Origin: an uncultured Gemmatimonadaceae bacterium
Lineage (GTDB): Bacteria; Gemmatimonadota; Gemmatimonadetes; Gemmatimonadales; Gemmatimonadaceae
Reading direction: 5' to 3'
NCBI GenBank assembly: GCA_963740355.1
Contig: CAVUDW010000003.1
Span: 1,152,001-1,216,000 of the forward strand
DNA length: 64,000 bases
How positions within the stretch are numbered: the stretch's first letter is position 1; every line of letters starts with the position of its first letter. The notes under the pieces are model-generated. The model had not been told where the DNA came from and searched no databases. It saw only the letters and a list, made by a program, of their open reading frames with translations. Both the position numbers and the translations under genes were made by a program. Shown here piece by piece: positions 56,536 to 64,000 of the stretch.

Positions 56536-59506
56536 ATGTCCGATCGTTCGAGGAGTATCGCGCGGGTGCAGTTCCTCGGGGCTCAGCGGATCGAGATCGG
56601 GAGCGACGAGGTGACCCCGGAAGCCGAGCGGCTGTTCGGCATGATCGTGCGCCTTAGCGTGCCGCTGGGGCGGATCACGTCACGGCAGACGATGATGGAC
56701 ACATTGTGGCCTGGCGCGGGCGATGCGAACGCGCGGCACAACCTTCGGCAGACGGTCTACAAGGCACGCGAGATTGGGCTGGTGGTGGAGTCAGGCGAGG
56801 ACGGCCTGCGGCTCGATCCCCGTCACTGGTCGTGCGACTGGGACGATCCAGTCGGCGACGTGGGTGGCGAGTGGCTGCCTAACTACGTGCCGGAGTTTTC
56901 CGAGGAGCTGGCGGCCTGGATCACGGCGCAGCGGGTGGGCGTGCACGCCCTGATCCGACCGCGGATCATCCGGTCGTTGCAGACGGCGCGTTCGGCCGGC
57001 GATCTGGCGATTGCGGATCGATATGCGGCGCAGCTGCTGCGGATCGACGAGTTGAACGAGGAGGCGACGCTCACGCGGGCGGAGTTGCTGGCGATGCAGG
57101 GCGCGAAGATCGACGCGCTTCGGCTACTGGATGCGTATCTGGCCGAGATCGGGCGTCTGGGGTCGGGCAAGGATGCGGCGTTGCCGGCGCAGTTGCTGCG
57201 GCGCCGGATCGCCGAGAAGCTGCCGACGGTGGCGTACCAGAGTGGCGCCAAGCATCACGGGCCGTTGGTCGGCCGGCAGCGCGAGTCGAAGAAGCTGTTG
57301 GCGGGGCTCTTCGATGCGCGGGCGGGGAGGGGCCAGGCTTTCCTGCTTCAGGGTGGTGATGGCAGCGGCAAGACGCGGCTGTTGTACGAGACGCGGAAGT
57401 CGGCGGCGTTGCAGGGGATGCAGGTGTTCGAGATGGCGTGTGACAGCACGCCGAGTGCGATGCCGTTTGCGGCGATGCGTTCGTTGGTGGCGCGGATGCT
57501 GACCTATCCGGGTGCGCTGGGTATCGCGCCGGAAGCGATGGGCGTGTTGCGGGCGTGGCTGTCGAGCAACGAGTTCGCACCGGACGATTGTCCGCTGGCC
57601 GAGATCGAGGACTTGCTGGCGTCGGTGTCGGAGGAGACGCCGTTGTTGTTGCTGGTGGAGCATGCGGAGCGCATCGATGCCGAGTCGTTGGGGCGGTTGG
57701 ACCGGGTGTATCGGAAGGGGGTGCTACGGCATCACATGATGGTGCTGACGACGTCGACGCAGGCGACGCCGACGGAGAGTCCGGTGGAGGTGCAGTGGGT
57801 GGAGCGGGTGGCGTTGCGGCCAATGTCGACAGTTGACGTTCGCGCGATTGTGTCCGCCTATGCCGCAGCCGAGCAACGTCGTGCGACTCAAGACGAAATC
57901 GCGTGCGCCGCCGTGTTCGCAGAGGGTGTTCCGATGTTTGGAATTGAAATGCTCGGGCTAATACTCGATTCTGGATCACCAGACCTTATTCCATGGCGCG
58001 TTCAAATCGCGGTCGATCGGTCGCTTCGAGAGCTGAATGAACTTCAGTGGCGCATACTCTCGCTCTGTAGCGCTCTCAGAAAGAGCGCTCGCCAAGCACT
58101 GGTAGCAGCGGCACTCCATCTGCAGGAGAACGAATTCGCTGCGGCTGCTTGATGGCCTCGAGGATCCCGGCTACCTGCAGTACGAAGACGGGATTTTGAA
58201 ATCTTACTTGGCTCATGGCAGACAAAGCCAGCGAACGAGTTCGCGCCAATGTACTACGGAGCGACGCTTTGTCAGCCGCGAATGAGATGTTGCGCGATGC
58301 GGCTGGATTCACGAATCCCGCAGATTTCTACACGTGCATTCGCCTTACTGTAGTGGCCGGTGAGGAGGGGCGGGCAAAGTTTCTCCTAGACTCGGAGGTT
58401 GGCGCGCTCGTGCGAAGGGACACCGCGCTGGAATCGTGTTTGAGCTGGGCCAGCTGCGAAAGCTAGCACAATCGCGCGCCTTTAGCGTTCTCGTTGATGA
58501 AGTAATTGCGCAGATCCGCGGAGGAGCCGAGAGCAAACGCCCTAGTCGGCGGGCGGCAAGCTACCGCTCCAAGCCTTCATCGCTACCATCGATATCTGAT
58601 GCGTCCGTTGAGGTAGAGTATACGCTGTCATCAACGCAGTCCCTGGTCGCCACACTCAGTGAGTCTCGAAATCCCAATTCTGCACCCGAGAGACGCCTTG
58701 CAGAGGCGGTGATGGCTCTCTTTGTGGCGTCGAATCTGGCGACAAAGCGGGCTGACGGCGTCCTTTCAGCCGTAAACGCGGTCAGGTATTCGAAGGATGT
58801 GAATCCATTTGACATACACCGGGCGGATCTGATTTTCTTCGCCTCAGTGGGGCTTCGAGAGAAAGCGCTAGAGGCCGCGCATCAACTATCCGCTAAGTCT
58901 CGTACCGTGCACGACGTTCAGCTGGCGTGCAAGGGACTGAGAAATGCGGCGGAGGTGCACTCGACTTTCGGCGATGAAAGGCAGCTCATTCGCTACTTCT
59001 TGAGTCGCGTAGCCTAGCGGCAACATTGAAGTATCACGCACAAATCGTGTGGGCCGACATCCGCCTTGCGGATCTCCGATTGGAAGCAATGGATCTTGAG
59101 GGGGCGAATGCTTATCTGACGAGTGCGATGATATCGTCGATAGCATACCGCCTATAGCACCGCTGCTCTCGCGGACCTCAATGTCGCAGACAGTGCTGGG
59201 AAGGTGCTAATGCGCGGCGCATCGGCCAGGCGACAGAAGGCCGCGCGAATTGTAGCAAGAACTCGGTGCACGCCTCTAGAACCGGCACTGCACTCTGGAC
59301 TCGTTCTCGGTGTCAGACTCGCGACACACGCAGGACCTTTCGCCAGAGACACAGCTCGGGACTATTCGTTGCTTAAGGAGAGTATTGCCAGCAGACCATT
59401 CTATCCGAACGAACAGTTGAGCCTCGCTGCGTTGGTGCTCTACAGAGCACTTCCGCGGGCACCAAGAAGTCTCAAAATTCGTGCGTGCGCAGCTTCCGCG
59501 CATTGA
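56536..59506 (+). CDS. BTAD/SARP-type regulator with AAA (STAND-like) ATPase; multiply frameshifted after ~58150; end uncertain
   Basis: LWP...ARHNLRQ..Y, L.IDELNEEA, LVGR..E, Walker A GGDGSGKT; continuing fragments at 58215, 58436 and 59204. Confidence 0.7.
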
Positions 59507-59601
59507 AAGCACCGGGAGGATCGCATTCTTGAGTTCTCCTTTCGCGGACGTAGAGAAAATGTCGCGAAAGACTCGCACCATAAAGCACCCCTATTTTGAC
59601 T

Positions 59602-60909
59602 CTATCCGTTTGCGAGCAGTGAAAGAGTTGGTTCTGCTGCAAAATCGTCCTCATGCGAAGCGCAGGCAAGCCTCAATACTGTGTCGATTGTTCCTGCAGC
59701 GAATAGCGTTGCCAACATCTCGGGATCAAACTGAATGCCACTCATCCGCAACATCTCTGCGCGAATCTTATCCGCTGCAAGGCCTCGACGGTACGGTCGG
59801 TCACTCGCCATGGCGTCGATCGTGTCTGCAATCGCAATGATCCGAGCAAACACTGGGGATTGCTTCACCCGCCAACGCATCTGGATAGCCAGAACCGTCC
59901 CATGCTTCGTGGTGATGCCGAATCGGATCTACCGTATCACGCAGGTGCGAAGAAATTCGAACGAGTTCGGCGCCCTTGATCGGATGCGACTCCATGATCG
60001 CGCGTTCTTCGGCTGTGAGCTTTCCCGGCTTCGCCAGAATCGGAGCGAACACTTCGTGAATCTTCCCTACATCGTGCAGAAGACCAGCCACTGCAAGCGT
60101 TCAACCTGCTTCGCCGAAAGCGAGAGTGCCTGACCCATCATCGTTGAATACTGCGAGACACGCCTAGAGTGACCCGAAGTATAGGGATCACGAGCTTCAA
60201 GCGTCGTAACGGTGAGCTCGAGAAGCTCTTTGTTCGAAACGTGCAGCTCTTCATTCGTGCTGTTCAGCTGACGAACGATTAGCACCAACGCCGCCGCAGC
60301 AGACGTCGCAAGCACGCCGAACTTCACGTACACCGTTACGAAGACGAAGACGAACGGCAAGGCAACGAGATCGAAGAAAAATCCACGCTGCCCTTCCTTC
60401 CAAATCGAAATGTATTTCGTCTGCGTCTCTGCGCTCACCACTGCTGCAACCGCAGCTGAATTGGTGAGGACGAAGGCTAGGAATGCAGCGAGTACCGAAA
60501 GTGGACGTATATCACCACCGTAAACAGCTCCCGCCGCACCCGTCAGCCGATAGGCTACGACGGAGAAGGAAAGTGTGACGGCATGCTGGGCAACGTTGAA
60601 AACAAGCTTTGCTGTCTCCTTCCGCATCAGCAGCTGTGCCAACAGAATGACACCTACGGCGCTGAGTACAGAGACCCAAGAAGGGACGAGAACGACACTG
60701 GCTAGGAACGTGACGAATGTTGCCTGGCCATTCACGCGATCGGACAGCGCGTACGGCATAAGAGCGCCAAAGACAGAAAACACCGCAAAGGCGATTGCGG
60801 CGTTGAGCTCGACTGGATCTACGCGTGGTTCGAAAGCGTAGAGAGCAACAAGACTCCCCGCTCCGACCAGCGCGGTCAGCGTTACTATCGTCTTCGTGGC
60901 CTTTCGCAA
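59602..60909 (-). CDS. Membrane-anchored HD-GYP c-di-GMP phosphodiesterase (~7 TM N-terminal sensor); frameshifts ~60088 and ~59855
   Basis: EARDPYTSGHS.RV / LLHDVGK...HHHEAWDGSGYP / ARIIAIAD..DAM.SDRPYR across three frames. Confidence 0.88.
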
Positions 60910-60944
60910 GCAGATCCCCCCGCCTCGGACTTCAAACTAGTTCT

Positions 60945-61013
60945 TCAGTTCCACGTCTGCGTACCGCCAAAAGCTGCGGCGATAAGACCTGCGAATGCGG
61001 CCCAGAAACCCAT
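60945..61013 (-). CDS. 22-aa peptide MGFWAAFAGLIAAAFGGTQTWN (below the ORF-track cutoff)
   Basis: AAGGGAGGTG Shine-Dalgarno 7 nt before ATG; TGA stop 35 nt upstream of the HD-GYP start. Confidence 0.7.
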   Translation of the reverse strand: MGFWAAFAGLIAAAFGGTQTWN

Positions 61014-61162
61014 CTTGCGTCACCTCCCTTCCGTCGTCAGTCCTCCGCTCTCGCGTCAGACTGCCTCCATCGGTGGGCTCCGCTCGTACTACTGGCCGTA
61101 CCCGCTCAACTCCGCTCTGCCGAGGACGGGGGGATTACTAATTCTGCTTTCCACTAACACAC

Positions 61163-61177
61163 GCGTCTTTCGTGCCA
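61163..61177 (-). promoter_or_regulatory. Putative sigma-54 (-24/-12) promoter
   Basis: Minus strand TGGCACG-AAAG-ACGC: perfect -24 box and GG-N10-GC spacing; imperfect -12 box. Confidence 0.5.
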
Positions 61178-61272
61178 GTGACCGACAGTTTGTCTTTCCC
61201 GCCGCCCGCGGTGACTTCGTCACCACCACACGCAACGCCCGCCGGTCACCTGCAAGGCCTGACCACCCTCCC

Positions 61273-62112
61273 CTACCGGTCAGCCTCCAACCACCGATTC
61301 GTTGCGTCCAACACTGCCAGTGCGCCCGCCACCTCGGCACTGTCGCGGATCACACAACTCCCGCTCAATAGCACCGATTGACGCCCCTGCCGCACCGTCA
61401 CACCAACCAACACGAACTCCGTCCCGAAGGCGTCCACCCGCTGCGCACCCGCCAGCGCCAGGCTCCCCGCCTTCCCTTCCGCAAATGCAATCGCGAGGAC
61501 CGTCGCCCGAGCCGCCAGCTCCAACCGCGCGGCCTCAGTCTCCAGCCCTTCCGCTTCTCCCTCAAAGGACTCCTCACCCCGCCGCAGCGTCACGCGACAT
61601 CCCAGGCCGCTGCGACTCCGCTTCACCTCGACGTCGTCGAAGATGTACCGGCGCACCCCGCTCACCTCGGGCGCGCTGACCGGCGTCACAGCCGGCGCGG
61701 CGATACCAGGGGCAGGCGCAGGGGCAGCCATCGGAATCGGCGCCGGACCAGCGATCGCGTCGACCGCCGATGGCGTCAGACGAATCCGCGGAGCATCCAC
61801 CGTCGTCGCGACACTGATCTTCCGGTGGTCGACACGCATGCCGAGATGCGCCAGCAACGCACTCTCGATGTTGCGCACGGTCTGCTTCGGACCGATTTCG
61901 ACCGACGTGAGTACATGAATGGCATCGACCTCGCCGCTGGGCGACGCCTCGATGCGCACGCTCACCACACCAGGCAACGTGCCGAGCAACTCCTCAGCGC
62001 GCGCGATGTGAATCGCGGAGGGACGGCTCGAACCGCCGCCAGCGCCGGCTGCTGTTGTGAAGACAGACACGGTCACGTTCTTTCGCGGGTGGAAGTGCAA
62101 AAGAGCGAACAC
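61273..62112 (-). CDS. Conserved-looking two-domain hypothetical protein (start may be ~62070)
   Basis: N-domain IHVL...PKQTVRNIESAL...VDHRKISVA; Pro/Ala linker; C-domain ending AVLDATNR. Confidence 0.75.
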   Translation of the reverse strand: MFALLHFHPRKNVTVSVFTTAAGAGGGSSRPSAIHIARAEELLGTLPGVVSVRIEASPSGEVDAIHVLTSVEIGPKQTVRNIESALLAHLGMRVDHRKISVATTVDAPRIRLTPSAVDAIAGPAPIPMAAPAPAPGIAAPAVTPVSAPEVSGVRRYIFDDVEVKRSRSGLGCRVTLRRGEESFEGEAEGLETEAARLELAARATVLAIAFAEGKAGSLALAGAQRVDAFGTEFVLVGVTVRQGRQSVLLSGSCVIRDSAEVAGALAVLDATNRWLEADR

Positions 62113-62185
62113 AAGCTCCGGCAGAGGCTGCGAATCAGCCCCGACCGTTAATCGAAGTGCAAGCTGGACCGCAGGTTAGCATAAA

Positions 62186-63724
62186 TCAAGAGTCAGCGTC
62201 CTCAACCGTTTCGCCACCCTCGATTTCCCTGATCTTCCGGTACAGCGTCCGCTCCCCGATTCCCAACAATTCTGCTGCCCGCCGACGATTGCCGCGCGTC
62301 TCCCGCAACGTCGCCTCGATCACGGCCCGCTCGATCTGTGCCATCGTCATCCCCGGCACCACTTCGACCGAATTGGGCAACCGCGCACTCATCGGCTCAA
62401 CCGCACCGCCCGCCACCAACGCCTCAGGCACTGCCGCCGCCGGAGACTGGTCCAGACGACGACGCAAGTCTTCGACCTGAACCTTCAACTCGACCAGATT
62501 CCGCAAGATGAACTCGAGCTCAGCCGCACCGAGCACCTGATTCGTATCAGGAGTGTTCCGATTGCCCGGCACCGGCGGCAACCGCACCGGCAACATCCGT
62601 GTCAGCCCGTCCCGGATCTGCGGTGGAATGTCCGCCACGCCGATCTCATGGCCGGGCGATAACACCACCATGCTCTCGATCAGGTTACGCAGCTCTCGAA
62701 CATTGCCCGGCCACGAGTATCGCGCCAGCATCTCCATGGCCTCGGCCGAGATGCCATGGAACGCCTTGTCATGCCGGCGCGAAAATTCGGCGATGAAACG
62801 CCGCACCAGCACCGGGATGTCCGACTTCCGCTCGCGGAGCGGCGGCAGGTACATGCTGAGGACGTTGAGCCGGTAATAGAGATCCGACCGGAACGCCCCC
62901 TCCTCCACCAGCTCGCGCAACGGCCGGTTGGTGGCCGCGATGACACGCACGTTCACTGGAATGCTGGTCACGCCACCAACACGCGTGACTTCACGCTCCT
63001 CCAGCACCCGCAGCAACTTCACCTGCGTCGAGGGCGGGATGTCACCGATCTCGTCCAGAAAAAGAGTGCCGCCGTCCGCCAGCTCGAAGCGCCCCAGTCG
63101 ACGCTCGGCGGCGCCTGTGAACGCGCCCTTCTCATGGCCGAAGAGCTCGCTCTCGAGGAGCGTCTCGGCCAGCGCGCCGACGTTCACGCCGATGAACGGC
63201 TTGTTCCGGCGAGGGCCGAGGCGATGGATGCCGCGCGCCACCAGCTCCTTGCCCGTGCCGCTCTCGCCCTCGATCAACACCGTGCTCGATACCGGCGCGA
63301 TCTGCTCGATCTTCACCAGGACTTCGCGCAACGCCTCGGTGTCGCCGCTGAGCCCCGTCTCCTGACTCAGGCGGCGGCGCTCGAGAAGGCGGCGAACGAC
63401 GGGCGCCACATCTTCCGGAACGACCGGCTTCACCAGAACATCAGCGTAGCCAATGGTGCGCAGCCGTTCGCGCATCCCTGGCTCGTCGACGTCGGCCAAG
63501 CCGACGACCGGTACCCCGGCCCACAGTTCCTCGCGCACCACCTGCACGTTGCCGGTATCGAGCAGCGCCCCCGTGATCACCACCACGTCCGGCTCGAAGC
63601 GCTCGAGCGAACCGCGGATGTCATCCAGCGGCGACACCATTTCCGTGGTGATGCCCGAATGCTCGAGCAGCGCGTTGAGACGCACGGCCGGCTCGACGTC
63701 GGTGAGCGTGATGAGAACCTTCAC
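62186..63724 (-). CDS. Sigma-54-dependent activator (atypical receiver-AAA-Fis HTH)
   Basis: GESGTGKE, ELFGHEKGAFTGA, LFLDEIG, WPGNVREL, GNRRRAAELLGI. Confidence 0.95.
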   Translation of the reverse strand: MKVLITLTDVEPAVRLNALLEHSGITTEMVSPLDDIRGSLERFEPDVVVITGALLDTGNVQVVREELWAGVPVVGLADVDEPGMRERLRTIGYADVLVKPVVPEDVAPVVRRLLERRRLSQETGLSGDTEALREVLVKIEQIAPVSSTVLIEGESGTGKELVARGIHRLGPRRNKPFIGVNVGALAETLLESELFGHEKGAFTGAAERRLGRFELADGGTLFLDEIGDIPPSTQVKLLRVLEEREVTRVGGVTSIPVNVRVIAATNRPLRELVEEGAFRSDLYYRLNVLSMYLPPLRERKSDIPVLVRRFIAEFSRRHDKAFHGISAEAMEMLARYSWPGNVRELRNLIESMVVLSPGHEIGVADIPPQIRDGLTRMLPVRLPPVPGNRNTPDTNQVLGAAELEFILRNLVELKVQVEDLRRRLDQSPAAAVPEALVAGGAVEPMSARLPNSVEVVPGMTMAQIERAVIEATLRETRGNRRRAAELLGIGERTLYRKIREIEGGETVEDADS

Positions 63725-63733
63725 GTCGCGCGC

Positions 63734-64000
63734 CTACTTCTTCGCTGAGCCGTTCGGCCAGAACGGGAGCGCAGCCACCGTGGCCGCGACGCGACTTCCG
63801 CGAATCTCGACTTCAAAGCAGGTGCCGGGCTTCGCCAGTTCGGTCGGCAGATAGCAGGTGCCGATCGGGATCCCGACGCTCGGCCCAACTGTTCCGCTGC
63901 ACACGACGCCACTCGCCTCGCCATCGATGAACACCGGCATGCCGTGGCGCGGGACATTGCGCACCGGCAACGTGAAGCCAACCAACTTGCGCGGAATGCC
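63734..64000 (-). CDS. gcvT: Glycine cleavage system aminomethyltransferase, C-terminal part
   Basis: RKLVGF.....PRHG.PV......G.V.SGT..PS.G..IG..Y...EIRG......PF. Confidence 0.85.
   Translation of the reverse strand, partial: GIPRKLVGFTLPVRNVPRHGMPVFIDGEASGVVCSGTVGPSVGIPIGTCYLPTELAKPGTCFEVEIRGSRVAATVAALPFWPNGSAKK

Overview
GC-rich bacterial chromosome segment. The gene repertoire suggests Gemmatimonadota (inference): many signal peptides ending AxA-Q, plug-only TonB proteins, and a kinase-TPR 'DPRWDGLRSD' tail. Housekeeping content: tRNA-Gly, tRNA-Tyr, tRNA-Thr, cysS, pspA, sdaAA/sdaAB, gcvT, secreted peptidases and glycosidases, and a ppsA-coupled group 3b [NiFe]-hydrogenase operon. Two candidate undescribed systems stand out. 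(1) 38.0-52.4 kb is a protease/cyclic-nucleotide signalling island: secreted M48-TPR protease, two secreted caspase-family proteases, a CHASE2 cyclase-GAF-subtilase operon, a DUF928-like protein, a small secreted protein, a pseudokinase, and an ECF sigma factor with an N-terminal anti-sigma-like domain. Its secreted members share x-R-G linker motifs that could be caspase cleavage sites. (2) 59.6-63.7 kb holds an unannotated 22-aa peptide gene (MGFWAAFAGLIAAAFGGTQTWN) with a near-perfect RBS, a GGA-rich leader and a sigma-54-type promoter. It lies directly upstream of a membrane-bound HD-GYP protein in a lower-GC patch and downstream of a sigma-54 activator. Several families of REP/MITE-like intergenic repeats occur. 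At least six genes carry single-base frameshifts that look like assembly indels. No CRISPR array, integrase or transposase was seen. All family assignments come from motif recognition by eye; no database search was run.
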